From contig JAZGCO010000021.1 in assembly GCA_036476995.1 (NCBI GenBank), positions 8,085-72,084 of the forward strand: a stretch of DNA of 64,000 nt, in the 5' to 3' direction. Shown here piece by piece: positions 19,200-30,313 of the stretch. Position 1 is the stretch's first letter, and every line of letters starts with the position of its first letter. Source of the stretch: Gemmatimonadota bacterium (lineage in GTDB: Bacteria > Gemmatimonadota > Gemmatimonadetes > Palauibacterales > Palauibacteraceae). The position numbers and the translations under genes were made by a program. The notes beneath the pieces were generated by a model, which did no database searches, was not told the DNA's origin, and saw only the letters and a program-made list of their open reading frames with translations.

Positions 19200-20725
19200 T
19201 GTGCTTCCGCCACGGGTGTCGCGGGCGAGATGGCCGATACTTCAGCGCCTGGTTGCAGACTGGAGCCCGCGCGCTCAGCTATGTCCAGCGCCGGGCCGGG
19301 ATATAGCCCTGCCGCCAGGATACCGATCGCGGTCGCCAGCGCGGCGACGCGGAAGGCGACACCGAGATGTTCGGGCTGAGTCCCCTCAGCGGATCCCGAC
19401 TCAAAATACATGCGCCAGATCACGCGCAGGTAGTAGTAGTACGCTACCAGAGTCGACAGGACGAGTACGACGGCTAGCGTAGTCTCTCCCGCGTCAACCG
19501 CAGCGGTCAGAAGGTAGAACTTTCCGATGAAGCCGCCGGTGGGCGGAAAACCGGCCAGAGAAAGCAGGCACAGGGCGAGCAGGCCGGCCAACACGGGTCG
19601 TCGCCAGCCCAGGCCCGCGTAAGCGTCATCCGCGTCGCTGCTCTCTCCGGCGCCCACCACCTGATACACGACCGCGAACGCCCCCAGGGTCATCAGAGCG
19701 TAAACGCCCAGATAAAAGAGTGAGGCCGATTGCCCGAGCACGCTGGCCGAGACAACACCGACCAGCAGATAGCCGGCGTGAGCCACCGACGAGTAAGCCA
19801 GCATCCGCTTCACATTGTCCTGCGCCAGAGCCATCAGGTTAGGCACGATCATGGTCAGGACGGCCAGCCACCATAGAACCGGGTGCCAGATGGGTTCCGC
19901 CGCAGACAGCTCCACTCCGACGATCCGGAGCAGCGCCACGAACGCGGCTGCCTTGACTCCCGCAGCCATGAAGCCGGTTACCGGTGTGGGCGCACCCTCG
20001 TAGGCATCCGGCGTCCACATGTGGAACGGAACAGCCGAAATCTTGAATGCGAATCCGATAAGGAGGAGGAGCACGCCACCGACCAGAAGAAGATTTTCCT
20101 GCTCCACCGCGTGAGTGACTTCCAGCGCGACGAGAGCCAGGTTCGTGCTCCCGGTGGCCCCGAACAAGAGCGCGATTCCGTACAGCAGGAAGGCGCTCGC
20201 GAAAGCGCCCATCAGGAAATACTTGAGAGCGGCTTCCGACGACCGGGGGTCGTGACGCCTGATTCCGACCAGGATGTATACGGAAAGCGACATCAGCTCG
20301 AGGCTGATAAACAGCGGAATGAGATCCCGGGACGCAGCCATCAGCATCATGCCCGCCGTCGCGGTAAGCACCAGGAAGTAGAACTCACCGATGTTCAACT
20401 GCTCGCGGTCCAGATAATCGAACGCGAACAGGAGCGACATCAGAGCTACTCCGATCAGGATGTAATTGGTGATGATCCGGAATGAGTCGAGGGCGATCAT
20501 CTGCGTGGTCGGCCCCGCGGCCACACTGCTGAGCCAGGTGTTTGCGGCGGCGGCGCTCACCAGGCCGAGCAGAGCCAGCCAACGCACCCAGACGGGGCAT
20601 GGGCCTGGCTGCCCCGACCGCGAGAACACATCCCCCATCAGGACCACTATAGCCGCCAGCACGAGAACCGCCTCGGGCAGGAGGGCGAGCAGGAAATGCA
20701 CCTGAGAGCTGAAGTCGAGAGTCAC
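19196..20725 (-). CDS. nuoN: NADH-quinone oxidoreductase subunit N
   Basis: SLELMSL, EAALKYF, FKISAVPFHMWTPDAYEGAPTP and KRMLAYSS motifs; last gene of the nuo run. Confidence 0.97.
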   Translation of the reverse strand: MTLDFSSQVHFLLALLPEAVLVLAAIVVLMGDVFSRSGQPGPCPVWVRWLALLGLVSAAAANTWLSSVAAGPTTQMIALDSFRIITNYILIGVALMSLLFAFDYLDREQLNIGEFYFLVLTATAGMMLMAASRDLIPLFISLELMSLSVYILVGIRRHDPRSSEAALKYFLMGAFASAFLLYGIALLFGATGSTNLALVALEVTHAVEQENLLLVGGVLLLLIGFAFKISAVPFHMWTPDAYEGAPTPVTGFMAAGVKAAAFVALLRIVGVELSAAEPIWHPVLWWLAVLTMIVPNLMALAQDNVKRMLAYSSVAHAGYLLVGVVSASVLGQSASLFYLGVYALMTLGAFAVVYQVVGAGESSDADDAYAGLGWRRPVLAGLLALCLLSLAGFPPTGGFIGKFYLLTAAVDAGETTLAVVLVLSTLVAYYYYLRVIWRMYFESGSAEGTQPEHLGVAFRVAALATAIGILAAGLYPGPALDIAERAGSSLQPGAEVSAISPATPVAEAQ

Positions 20726-22308
20726 CGGGCCCCTTCCTCCAGGCCCAGGATCGGCAGCCGGTCGAAGGCGGTTTCCTGGCCCATCTCGATCGGCGCGCGC
20801 AGAGCGCGTGTCTCGATCTGTTCGAGAAGACCCTCCACCGACGCAGCCGTGCGGTCCAGGAAAGGCTGCGGGTACACACCGATCACAAGGATCATCACGA
20901 GCGTAGGCAAGAGTACGAGCCGCTCCCGCGTCCCCAGATCTTCCAGTTCCCGGTTCTCGTCCCTGTCCAGCTCACCGAAGAGCACCCGTTGCACCATGGG
21001 TAGCATGTAAGCGGCAGCGAAAATGACGCCAGTCGTGGCGATGAACACGGCCACCGGGTGAGTCCGAAATGCTCCCACCAGGATAAGAAATTCACCCACG
21101 AATCCGTTGGTTCCCGGTAGGCCGATCGAGCTGAGCGCGACAATGACGAAAACCGTGGCGAAGACCGGCATCGACTTGGCCAATCCGCCAAAATCAGCGA
21201 TCAACCTCGTGTGCCGCCGCTCATACAGCATGCCAACCAGCAGGAACAGCGCGCCCGTCGAAATCCCGTGATTCACCATCTGCAGGATGCCGCCCTCCAC
21301 GCTCTGCTGAGTGAGCGCGAAGAGCCCCAGCATCACAAAGCCCAGGTGGGCGATCGATGTGTACGCCACGAGCTTCTTGATGTCTGGCTGCACCGCGGCC
21401 ACCCAGGCTCCGTAAAGAATCCCGATCACGGAGAGCGTGATGAACGTGCTCACGATCGCAGGGCTAGTCGCCGCATGCGAAAACAGTGGGAATGCGAACC
21501 GCAGAAACCCGTAGGTCCCCATTTTGAGCAGGACACCGGCCAGGATCACCGATCCGGCCGTGGGGGCCTCTACATGAGCATCAGGAAGCCACGTGTGGAA
21601 CGGAAACAGAGGCACCTTGATCGCAAACGCCAGAGCAAAGGCGCCAAACAACCAGAACTGTGTAGCTCGGGCTATCGGCAGGCGAACGAGATCGTTATAA
21701 GCGAACGACACGAACCCGAAGTGCCTCGCGTGCAGGGCCGCCAGGGTAACGATGGCCACGAGCATCAACAGTGAACCGACTGCCGTGAACAGGAAGAACT
21801 TGATTGCCGAGTATACACGGCGTTCGCCTCCCCACACACCGATGAGGAAGTACATCGGGATCAGCATGATCTCCCAGAACAGGAAGAACAGGAAGAGATC
21901 CAGCGCCACGAATACGCCCAACATGGCCGCCTGTAGCACCAGCAACATGGCGTAGTAGGCCCGCTGCCGCCGCTGGATGGAGCTGAACGAACCGGCTATG
22001 GCGAGCGGCATCACGAACGTGGTGAGCAGCACCATGAGCAGGGAGATTCCATCGACGCCGATCGTGTAGCCGATTCCCCAGCGCTCGATCCATGGCACTG
22101 ACACGAAATTCTGGATCGCCGCCGTCTGCGTTCGAAACGTCCAGAACAGCGTGATCGACAGCGCGAAGCACAGGATGCTGGTCGCCAGCGCCACGTGCTT
22201 GGCGCGCTCTTCCCGAACGAATCCGCAGAGAGCCGCCCCTAGCACGGGAACGACCACCAGGACCGTAAGTAGCCAGTGGCTTCCCAGAAGCGCACCCAAG
22301 TCGTTCAT
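20722..22308 (-). CDS. nuoM: NADH-quinone oxidoreductase subunit M
   Basis: GVDGIS, FWEIMLIPMY, KVPLFPFHTWLPDAHVEAPT, LLKMG and KKLVAYTS motifs. Confidence 0.98.
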   Translation of the reverse strand: MNDLGALLGSHWLLTVLVVVPVLGAALCGFVREERAKHVALATSILCFALSITLFWTFRTQTAAIQNFVSVPWIERWGIGYTIGVDGISLLMVLLTTFVMPLAIAGSFSSIQRRQRAYYAMLLVLQAAMLGVFVALDLFLFFLFWEIMLIPMYFLIGVWGGERRVYSAIKFFLFTAVGSLLMLVAIVTLAALHARHFGFVSFAYNDLVRLPIARATQFWLFGAFALAFAIKVPLFPFHTWLPDAHVEAPTAGSVILAGVLLKMGTYGFLRFAFPLFSHAATSPAIVSTFITLSVIGILYGAWVAAVQPDIKKLVAYTSIAHLGFVMLGLFALTQQSVEGGILQMVNHGISTGALFLLVGMLYERRHTRLIADFGGLAKSMPVFATVFVIVALSSIGLPGTNGFVGEFLILVGAFRTHPVAVFIATTGVIFAAAYMLPMVQRVLFGELDRDENRELEDLGTRERLVLLPTLVMILVIGVYPQPFLDRTAASVEGLLEQIETRALRAPIEMGQETAFDRLPILGLEEGAR

Positions 22309-24330
22309 CTAGAGTATGAACGTTCCGAGAATGAGAAGCGCGCCGGCTACGAACACCGTGAGGTACGTGGCCACCCGGCCCGTTTGCAGCAAGCTCATCG
22401 CCCAGCCGGCGGCCTTTCCGCCCCCCGCCAGGCCATTCACCGACGCGTCGATCAGACGAACGTCCACGACCTGCCAGCACGCCCTCCACAAAGCGATCAG
22501 CGGCCCCACGATGATGCGGTCGTACAGCTCGTCCACGTACCACTTGTTGTAGACGATGCCGGCAAGACCAGTGGGCTCTAAAGAGTCAGCGGCCGCGGCG
22601 TAACGCCGGCCGACGAGAGCCCGGAAGGTCAGCACGACAGTGGCGATCGCCAGGCCGGTGGCCAGTAACGCCCACAGCGCTTCGCCCCCACCGATCGGCG
22701 ACACCTGCGCGGCTTGGAACCCATGCTCCGCCATGACATGCCTCGCGGGCTCCATCACCGGCTCCAGCCAGTGGTGCAACCAGGCAACGTCCGGAAGCGG
22801 AAGCGCCTCAGGAATGTTAATCCAGCCGCCTACGGCCGACAGAAGTGCGAGAGCGGCGAGGGGTACCCACATGACGGCAGGCACCTCTCGCAGGTGCTCG
22901 ACAGCTTCCTTGGCGCTACGGTTCTCTCCGTGGAAAGTCAGCACCATGAGCCGGGTCATATAGGCGGCCGTCAGCACAGCTACCAGCAGAGAGACGATCC
23001 ACAGGAGAGGATAGCCGTACGCCCCGGCACTCCAGACGATCTCATCTTTGGAGAAGAATCCGGCCAGCGGAAACACGCCCGCGATGGCCAGCGAACCGAT
23101 CCACATTGTGGCCCAGGTGATGGGCATGAACCGCCGCAGGCCACCGTGGTTCCTCATGTCATTGAGATCATCGTGCGCGTGCGTAGCGCTATAGGCCTCA
23201 TGCATGGCATGGATCACGGCGCCCGATCCCAGGAAGAGCAGCGCCTTGAAGAACGCGTGCGTCATCAGGTGGAACACGCCCGCTGTGTACGCACCGATAC
23301 CCACCGCCAGGAACATGTACCCGAGCTGCGACACCGTGCTGTACGCGAGAACCTTCTTGATGTCGTACTGCCGGGTGGCGATGGTCGCCGCCAGCACTGC
23401 CGTGCCCGCCCCTACCGCGGCCACCACAGCCTGCGTCACAGGGGCCAGGGCGAACAGGATACCGGCTCTGGCGACCAGATATATGCCGGCCGTGACCATC
23501 GTGGCCGCGTGGATCAGCGCGGAGACTGGTGTGGGTCCCGCCATGGCGTCCGGCAGCCAGACGTAGAGCGGAATTTGGGCCGACTTTCCGGCACACCCCA
23601 GGAACAGCAGTAGCGTGGCCACGGTCACCACGGAACCGCCGTAGATCAGTACGTCCGGGGCTGCGGCAAACAGGGGGACGAAATCGAGAGTCCCGAAGTG
23701 GACGAACAGGAGGAACATCGCCACCAGAAACCCGAAATCTCCTATGCGGTTGACGATAAACGCCTTCTTCCCAGCGCTCGCAAATTCTCGGTTCTCGTAC
23801 CAGAAGCCGATCAAGAGGTACGAGCACAGCCCCACCCCCTCCCAGCCGACAAACATGACCGGGAAGCTCGATCCCAGAACCAGGACGAGCATGAAGAAGA
23901 TGAACAGGTTGAGATATGCGAAGTAGCGTGAGTACCCGGGGTCGGTCCGCATATATCCGACGCTGTACACGTGGATGAGTGATCCGACTCCCGTGATGAT
24001 CATCATCATCAGCAGCGACAACTGGTCGAACTGCAAATCAACTCCGACGTGCAGTCCCCCCGATACCATCCACGTGTACAGCGGGACGATGACCGCGCCG
24101 TCGGGATCGGCCTGGATCCAGCCGACGAAGTTCGCGAGGACGATGCCGAACGCCCCCAGAACGGCTGCCGGACCGATGAGGCCGGGAATCCTCCGGTTCT
24201 CCTTCCAGAGAAACGCTCCCACCCCGTTGATCAAAGCGCCGGCCAGCGGCAGGAGAAGGACCAGGGTGGGAAGAATCGGAGCGAACGCACCCGCTTCCGT
24301 AGCGGTGGCTGCCTGCTGGAGGGCTACCAT
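22309..24330 (-). CDS. nuoL: NADH-quinone oxidoreductase subunit L
   Basis: [47 protein letters not shown] and THAFFKA motifs. Confidence 0.98.
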   Translation of the reverse strand: MVALQQAATATEAGAFAPILPTLVLLLPLAGALINGVGAFLWKENRRIPGLIGPAAVLGAFGIVLANFVGWIQADPDGAVIVPLYTWMVSGGLHVGVDLQFDQLSLLMMMIITGVGSLIHVYSVGYMRTDPGYSRYFAYLNLFIFFMLVLVLGSSFPVMFVGWEGVGLCSYLLIGFWYENREFASAGKKAFIVNRIGDFGFLVAMFLLFVHFGTLDFVPLFAAAPDVLIYGGSVVTVATLLLFLGCAGKSAQIPLYVWLPDAMAGPTPVSALIHAATMVTAGIYLVARAGILFALAPVTQAVVAAVGAGTAVLAATIATRQYDIKKVLAYSTVSQLGYMFLAVGIGAYTAGVFHLMTHAFFKALLFLGSGAVIHAMHEAYSATHAHDDLNDMRNHGGLRRFMPITWATMWIGSLAIAGVFPLAGFFSKDEIVWSAGAYGYPLLWIVSLLVAVLTAAYMTRLMVLTFHGENRSAKEAVEHLREVPAVMWVPLAALALLSAVGGWINIPEALPLPDVAWLHHWLEPVMEPARHVMAEHGFQAAQVSPIGGGEALWALLATGLAIATVVLTFRALVGRRYAAAADSLEPTGLAGIVYNKWYVDELYDRIIVGPLIALWRACWQVVDVRLIDASVNGLAGGGKAAGWAMSLLQTGRVATYLTVFVAGALLILGTFIL

Positions 24331-24623
24331 TTGAGCAGGTTCACCCGGTCGATGTCCACCAGCTCATAGTGCCGGAATACGGAGATGATGATCGCCAGTC
24401 CGACGGCCGCTTCCGCTGCAGCCACCGCCATGACGAAGAACACGAACACCTGGGCCTCGATGCCGAGGCTGGTGGAGAACGCCACCAGGGTGAGGTTCAC
24501 GGCGTTCAGCATGAGCTCTATGCTCATGAACACGATGATCGCGTTCCGGCGCAGCAGGACGCCGCAGACGCCCACACCGAACAGGAAGGCTCCGAGCACA
24601 AGAGCCAGGTTTCCGTGATCCAC
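24324..24623 (-). CDS. nuoK: NADH-quinone oxidoreductase subunit K
   Basis: [17 protein letters not shown] and [11 protein letters not shown] motifs; 99 aa. Confidence 0.97.
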   Translation of the reverse strand: MDHGNLALVLGAFLFGVGVCGVLLRRNAIIVFMSIELMLNAVNLTLVAFSTSLGIEAQVFVFFVMAVAAAEAAVGLAIIISVFRHYELVDIDRVNLLKW

Positions 24624-24628
24624 GGCCG

Positions 24629-25153
24629 CTACGGATCCTGCCTGCGTGCCAGAGTAACGGCGCCCACAAGGGCAACCAGGAGCAGCACTGACGTGATTTC
24701 GAACGGCACCAGGTAGTCTTGAAACAGGGGGTTGGCTATCGCGCCGACGGCTCCCTGGGCCTCGAGCAGGAGCTGATACGTTTCGTTGCCGCGTCCGCCT
24801 ACCAGGTCCGAGACAGTGCCCCGCCGTACGATCGTCGCTACCAGGCCGAGAATCCCCGCGCCCGCGATCAGAGCCAAGGTCCTTCCGCCCAGACCTCGGA
24901 GATCAGTGCCAGCCGAGCCGAGGTTGAGCAACATGATCACGAACAGGAACAACACCATGATGGCGCCCGCGTACACGATCACCTGGACCGCCGCCAGAAA
25001 GTGAGCATCCAGCATCACGAACACGCCCGCAACGGAAAACAGGGTCAGGACCAGAAACAAGAGGCTGGCTATCGGATTGCGACTGGCGATCATGGCTATG
25101 GCGCCCATCGCCGCCAACGTGCCGAATGAAAGAAAGACGAAGTCGGAGATCAC
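24629..25153 (-). CDS. nuoJ: NADH-quinone oxidoreductase subunit J
   Basis: [24 protein letters not shown] and [16 protein letters not shown] motifs. Start set at the GTG overlapping the nuoI stop. Confidence 0.95.
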   Translation of the reverse strand: MISDFVFLSFGTLAAMGAIAMIASRNPIASLLFLVLTLFSVAGVFVMLDAHFLAAVQVIVYAGAIMVLFLFVIMLLNLGSAGTDLRGLGGRTLALIAGAGILGLVATIVRRGTVSDLVGGRGNETYQLLLEAQGAVGAIANPLFQDYLVPFEITSVLLLVALVGAVTLARRQDP

Positions 25154-25647
25154 TCGGACGCCGCGTCCGAGGGATCCCAAAGAGCGGTCACCGGATGTTC
25201 CTGGCTGCAGAGCCGCTCCAGGTCGTACACCCAGCGTTCTCTGCTGTATTCGGCGTTCTCGTAGTGGACCCCGAGATGAATCGCCTCCACCGGACACACC
25301 TCCTGGCAGAATCCGCAGAAAATGCAGCGGAATTCATCGATCTCGTATACGGCCGCGTACCGCTCGCCGTTTTCGTCCTCGGCGGGAATCAGCTTGATGC
25401 AGTTCACCGGACACACGGCGGGACACAGGCCGCACCCGACACACTTGGCCCGGCCGTCCTCGTGCGTGGCCATGCGGTGCGTGCCCCGGAAGCGAGGTGA
25501 CAGCTCCCATTTCTCGTCCGGGTACTGCTGCGAAACCTTGTGGGGATTTATCAGATGCTTCAGCGTGACGCCCAGACCGCCCGCCACCGCGCTGAGATAC
25601 GACCCCTGCTTCCCGGGGCGCTCCATTACCTTTACGTGCCCGGCCAT
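25150..25647 (-). CDS. nuoI: NADH-quinone oxidoreductase subunit I
   Basis: Two 4Fe-4S motifs (CVGCGLCPAVCP, CIFCGFCQEVCP); QYPDEK. Confidence 0.97.
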   Translation of the reverse strand: MAGHVKVMERPGKQGSYLSAVAGGLGVTLKHLINPHKVSQQYPDEKWELSPRFRGTHRMATHEDGRAKCVGCGLCPAVCPVNCIKLIPAEDENGERYAAVYEIDEFRCIFCGFCQEVCPVEAIHLGVHYENAEYSRERWVYDLERLCSQEHPVTALWDPSDAASE

Positions 25648-26889
25648 CTACTCCATCTCCTTGGCGGCTTGCGGCACACTCGCCGCACCACGAACCAGGA
25701 CGCCACGATCCAGAACGAACCACACCAGACCGGCCAGTGCTGCATTGACCGCAAATAGAATCCCCGCGTAAGCCGGACCCGGCTCAAATCCGCGCGATTC
25801 AAGGACGTATATCGCTATGGCTATTATCGATATGTACGCCATGAGACCGGGAATGAAGACCTTCCAGCCAAAGTCCATGAGCTGGTCGTAGCGGAATCGC
25901 GGAAGTGTCCAGCGGATCCACATGAAGACCAAGACCACTAACGTCGTCTTGAGGCTGAACGACGTAAACGTGAGCACGGTCTTCCACCATGTGGGCTCGC
26001 CAATCACCGACCCGTCGGCGAGCACCCGAATATTGTCGCCCGTCCAGCCCGGAATATCCCAGCCGCCAAGAAAGAATACCGTTACGAGCGCGCCGGCCGT
26101 GATCAGGTGGGCGTATTCGCCGAGAATGAACATGCTGAATTTCATCGAGGAGTATTCGGTGTGGTAGCCCGCAACAAGCTCCGCCTCCGCCTCCGGAAGG
26201 TCGAACGGGAGCCGATTCGTTTCAGCCAGGCTCGAGACGAAAAACACGAATGCGGCCACCAGGAGCGGCAATACGAACCACAAACCGAACGTGCCCGGCC
26301 CGCCCTCAAAACTCTGCTGCATGGACACCAGCTCCGGCATCCGGACGTTCCCCGCCAGTAGCAGTACCGGAATGAGGCTCATCGCGAGGCCGATTTCGTA
26401 GCTGATCATCTGAGCCGACCCTCTGAGACCGCCCAGGAACGCGTACTTGCTGTTGGACGCCCACCCGGCCAGCACGAGCCCGTACACACCCAGTGAAGAC
26501 AGCGCGAGTATGTAGAGGAAGCCGATCGGCACGTCCGCGACGATGAGCTCAACCAGGCCCCACCGCGTCGGGAGGGGCGAACCGAACGGAATCACGGCGA
26601 ATAGGACAGTGGCAGGGACGATTGTGAGCGCGGGCGCCAGGAAGAATAAGCTCTTACTCGCTTCGTCAGGACTTGTTTCCTCTTTGAGAAGGGATTTGAG
26701 GCCGTCGGCGACCGCCTGCAGAAGTCCGATCGGACCAACCCGATTCGGACCGCTTCGGTCCTGAATGAAGCCCGCCACGCGCCGCTCCACATACGTGGCT
26801 AGTGCGACAAGGACGAGGAGCAACGTAAAGAGCGTCAGCACCTTGATCACGGCAGCCACGAGCAGGCCCGTCCCGGTGAGGTCCGTCAT
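25648..26889 (-). CDS. nuoH: NADH-quinone oxidoreductase subunit H
   Basis: ERRVAGFIQDRSGPNRVGP, KYAFLGGLR, ETNRLPFDLPEAE, GYHTEYS and PRFRYDQLM motifs. Confidence 0.98.
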   Translation of the reverse strand: MTDLTGTGLLVAAVIKVLTLFTLLLVLVALATYVERRVAGFIQDRSGPNRVGPIGLLQAVADGLKSLLKEETSPDEASKSLFFLAPALTIVPATVLFAVIPFGSPLPTRWGLVELIVADVPIGFLYILALSSLGVYGLVLAGWASNSKYAFLGGLRGSAQMISYEIGLAMSLIPVLLLAGNVRMPELVSMQQSFEGGPGTFGLWFVLPLLVAAFVFFVSSLAETNRLPFDLPEAEAELVAGYHTEYSSMKFSMFILGEYAHLITAGALVTVFFLGGWDIPGWTGDNIRVLADGSVIGEPTWWKTVLTFTSFSLKTTLVVLVFMWIRWTLPRFRYDQLMDFGWKVFIPGLMAYISIIAIAIYVLESRGFEPGPAYAGILFAVNAALAGLVWFVLDRGVLVRGAASVPQAAKEME

Positions 26890-28475
26890 GAACCCGGCTC
26901 CTCGGCCAGAGCGGGCTGGGCCGCGCCGGGCAGCGGTGCGCCCTTGTCTCCCAGACCTTCCCAGCTCAGGCCCGCCATAGCCGGGCTGCCCGAGACCATC
27001 GCGTCCAAGGCATCCTGCGCGTTCAAGACCGCCTCACCATGGCCCATCTCGGCCAGCAGGCGGCTCAGTACCATCCAGGCGGGACGCGCCACTCCGGGCG
27101 GCTGAAGAGCCTGCCGGAAACGCTGCACACGTCCGTCGGCATTGGTGACCGTGCCGCTCATCTCGGCAAACGTGGTGATCGGCAGCACCGCTCTGGCGTT
27201 TCTCGAGGCAGGCGACAGGCGCGATCCGAAGTAGATCATTCCATCCGCCTCGACCGCGAAGTCCTCCGGAATCCCGGCCAGCTCGTCGCCAAGAACCAGC
27301 GTGCAACCAGAAGTCGCCGCCGCCAGCGACTCCGCCTCACCGAAGCCGAATTCCTCCGCGCCCCGGGCGTTGGGCGCCCGCTCGGCCCGGAGTTTGAGCT
27401 GCGGAAGGCCCTTGAGTTCCGCCTCCGAGCCCCGCTCCAACCGGTAGGAGCCTCCCTCGATGCCGAGAGTCGAGGCCAACCGGCTGAAGAAGTACAGACC
27501 TTCGTTGCTCTCATGCGGCGAAACGATAGCGCCGCCCGACCGCACGTCCCCCAGGGCCTCCGCCAGCCACGCGAAGGCCTCGTCCCAGCTGACGGCCTCG
27601 AGACGCTCACCCGCCCGTACGAGCGGCACCTCGACCCGTAATCCACGGTTCGACATTACTAGATGTGAACGTCCATAATCGCACATCCAATAGGAGTTTA
27701 CATCCGCGTTGTAACGAGGCTTCACACGGACGATCTGATTTTCAATAACGTCCATACTGACGTTGCATCCTGTCGAACAACCAGGGCACACGCTCGGTGT
27801 GGAATCCATGTCCCAGGCGCGGGCCTTGAATAAGAAGTCCTCGTGCACCAGGGCGCCCACCGGACACACGTCCACGATATTGCCCCGGAACTCGTTTTCC
27901 AGATCCTTTCCGGGAAACGTGTCGATATACGCCTTATGTCCGCGCTGAGCGACGATCAGTGTGTCGTCACCAGCTACATCGCGCATGAAGCGCACGCACC
28001 GAGTGCAGAGGATGCACCGGTCCGCAAAGTATAGAATGTCGTCCGCAACGCGGTCCCGTCCCAGGACCCGCTTGGCATCGGTGAAGCGGCTCTTCAGCTG
28101 ACCCGTCTCCGAAGCATAATCCTGCAGCATGCACTGTCCGGCCGCGTCACAGATCGGACAATCCAAGGGGTGGTTGAGGAGCAGGAACTCGATCACGGAT
28201 TTGCGCGCCTGGCTGGCCTCCTCACTTTGCGTGTGCACTACCATGCCTTCCTGCACTGTTATTACGCAGGATGGCTGGAGCTTGGCCTGTCCCTCGATTT
28301 CGACCAGGCACACCCTGCACTGCGCGGGCCTGGTCGGAATACCCGGGTGATAGCAGTAGCGCGGGATGACTACGCCAGCGCGCTCCGCGGCCTCGATAAG
28401 TCGAGTTCCCGGTGGCACGGCCACAGGCACGCTATCCACGGTCACGTTCACGAGGCCCGGTCTTTCTTCGCTCAT
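26886..28475 (-). CDS. nuoG: NADH-quinone oxidoreductase subunit G (short form)
   Basis: CYHP...CRVCLVE (2Fe-2S), HPLDCPICD...C, CILCTRCVRF, CPVGAL and CPGCSTGC...CD motifs; 529 aa. Confidence 0.93.
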   Translation of the reverse strand: MSEERPGLVNVTVDSVPVAVPPGTRLIEAAERAGVVIPRYCYHPGIPTRPAQCRVCLVEIEGQAKLQPSCVITVQEGMVVHTQSEEASQARKSVIEFLLLNHPLDCPICDAAGQCMLQDYASETGQLKSRFTDAKRVLGRDRVADDILYFADRCILCTRCVRFMRDVAGDDTLIVAQRGHKAYIDTFPGKDLENEFRGNIVDVCPVGALVHEDFLFKARAWDMDSTPSVCPGCSTGCNVSMDVIENQIVRVKPRYNADVNSYWMCDYGRSHLVMSNRGLRVEVPLVRAGERLEAVSWDEAFAWLAEALGDVRSGGAIVSPHESNEGLYFFSRLASTLGIEGGSYRLERGSEAELKGLPQLKLRAERAPNARGAEEFGFGEAESLAAATSGCTLVLGDELAGIPEDFAVEADGMIYFGSRLSPASRNARAVLPITTFAEMSGTVTNADGRVQRFRQALQPPGVARPAWMVLSRLLAEMGHGEAVLNAQDALDAMVSGSPAMAGLSWEGLGDKGAPLPGAAQPALAEEPGS

Positions 28476-29752
28476 GCCCGTACCCCGTTCATGAGCGCCT
28501 CGTACTCGCCTCGGAACTTGTCCAGCGACGAACGGAGCGGGAATACGATGCTGTCCGCCAGAACACAGATCGTCCGCCCGGTCATCTGTTCACACAGATC
28601 GTACAGCGTGTCGATGTCCGATAGCCCGCCCTCGCCGACCTCAATCCGCTGCAGAATCTTCACGATCCAGGAGGTTCCCTCGCGGCACTGCACGCACTGG
28701 CCACACGATTCGTGAGCGTAGAACTGTGCGATCCGCCGAATCGCCGGCACGATACGGGTGTCTTCGTCCATCACGATTGGCGACGCCGTACCAAGCGAGC
28801 TTCCCGCTTCCTGCAGTCCTTCGTACGTGCACGGGATGTCCAATTCGTCTTCCGTAAGCAGAGCCGTCGAGCAGCCCCCCGGAATGACGGCCTTCAGCCG
28901 CTTGCCGCCCGGGATTCCGCCGCAAACGTCGAAGATGACGCTTCTGAGTGAAACACCCAGCGCCAACTCGTAGGTGCCCGGCTTGTTCAGATGGCCCGAA
29001 CAGGACCAAAGCTTGGTTCCCGGGCTCTTCTGGGTGCCCCACTGCTGATACCAGGCCGCGCCTTCGGTAATGATCATCGGCACTGCAGCCAGCGTTTCGA
29101 CGTTGTTGACCGTCGTGGGCTTACCGAACACTCCCGACTGCGCCGGAAACGGAGGCTTGATCCAGGGCTCCGCCCTCCCGCCCACCAGAGAGCTCATGAG
29201 GCCCGTCTCTTCACCGGCTATATACGCACCGGCGCCGAGATGGACGGTGACGTCGCACGACCAGCCGCTCCCCACAATGTCTTCACCGATAAGCCCGGCC
29301 TCATACGCCTCTACCACGGCGTCGTTCAAGATCCGTGTGTAGGGAAAGTATTCGCCGCGTACATAGATGTAGACGTGCTCGGCTCGAATCGCGCGAGCCG
29401 CGATCAGGCAGCCTTCGATCAGCAGGTGCGGGCACCAGCGCAGGATCTCGCGATCCTTAAACGAACCTGGCTCGCTTTCGTCGGCGTTGCAGCACAAGTA
29501 GTGCGCCTTGCCGTCATCCTTGGGCATGAAGCTCCACTTGAGCCCGGTCGGAAATCCGGCGCCACCGCGACCCCTGAGGCCCGAATCCTTGACGACTTCC
29601 GTAATCTCGTCAGGGGTCATGCCCACGGCCTTCCGGAGCGCCTCGTACCCGCCCTTCTTGGTCCAAACCTCGAGCCGACGCGCCTCCGGATCGCCGAAGT
29701 GACGCGACAGAAGCGTCTCGACTTCTAGCTCGTGGCTGTGTGGATATCCCAT
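28472..29752 (-). CDS. nuoF: NADH-quinone oxidoreductase subunit F
   Basis: SGLRGRGGAGFPTGLKWSF, NADESEPG, GEETGL, ESCGQCVQCREG and TICVL motifs. Start set at MGYPHSHE (29752); the ORF-track extension to 30118 overlaps nuoE. Confidence 0.97.
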   Translation of the reverse strand: MGYPHSHELEVETLLSRHFGDPEARRLEVWTKKGGYEALRKAVGMTPDEITEVVKDSGLRGRGGAGFPTGLKWSFMPKDDGKAHYLCCNADESEPGSFKDREILRWCPHLLIEGCLIAARAIRAEHVYIYVRGEYFPYTRILNDAVVEAYEAGLIGEDIVGSGWSCDVTVHLGAGAYIAGEETGLMSSLVGGRAEPWIKPPFPAQSGVFGKPTTVNNVETLAAVPMIITEGAAWYQQWGTQKSPGTKLWSCSGHLNKPGTYELALGVSLRSVIFDVCGGIPGGKRLKAVIPGGCSTALLTEDELDIPCTYEGLQEAGSSLGTASPIVMDEDTRIVPAIRRIAQFYAHESCGQCVQCREGTSWIVKILQRIEVGEGGLSDIDTLYDLCEQMTGRTICVLADSIVFPLRSSLDKFRGEYEALMNGVRA

Positions 29753-29760
29753 TGGGCGCC

Positions 29761-30303
29761 CTAACTCAGCCGGTCCAGAACATCCGGAACCGTATCCGGC
29801 ATCACGTTCTCGAAATACTCGTCGTTGATCTGGACGGCGGTCGCGAATCCACACGCCCCGAGACACTCGGCTTCCATCACGGTGAACCGGCCGTCCTCCG
29901 ACGTCTCGCCCGGTCCTGTTCCGGTCTCCTCTAGAAAGCGCCTCATCACCGCGTCGGCCCCATTGAGATGGCAGGCGATGTTGGTGCATACCTGAATCAG
30001 GTGCCGGCCAACCGGGTGCTTGTTGTACATCGTGTAGAAGCTGGCAACGGAGTGGACGTAAGCGGGCGTCACCTCCAGGTGCGCCGCGATCTCCTCCATG
30101 GCCGCTGGCGAGACCCACCCGTTCCGCTCCTGGGCGTAGCTGAGGAGCGGGAGCAGCGCCGCCTTCTTGTCCGGATACCGGCTGACGGTGCTCTCCAGGC
30201 GCTCTCGGCCCTCGTCATCCTCCAGGAGGACCTCTGTGGGCCGCAGGTTCGCTGTCTGAAACGGCTGCGCACCGGCCACGGCGGGATGGATCCGCTTTCC
30301 CAC
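29761..30303 (-). CDS. nuoE: NADH-quinone oxidoreductase subunit E
   Basis: VASFYTMY, QVCTNIAC and ECLGAC (2Fe-2S) motifs. Start approximate (GTG 30303). Confidence 0.95.
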   Translation of the reverse strand: MGKRIHPAVAGAQPFQTANLRPTEVLLEDDEGRERLESTVSRYPDKKAALLPLLSYAQERNGWVSPAAMEEIAAHLEVTPAYVHSVASFYTMYNKHPVGRHLIQVCTNIACHLNGADAVMRRFLEETGTGPGETSEDGRFTVMEAECLGACGFATAVQINDEYFENVMPDTVPDVLDRLS

Positions 30304-30313
30304 TAGTCGGCCC

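Noticed and set aside
28472-29752. NuoF GAGAYIAGEE instead of GAGAYICGEE
   Set aside because: That Cys is not a cluster ligand, and the four N3 ligands and the FMN/NADH motifs are intact.
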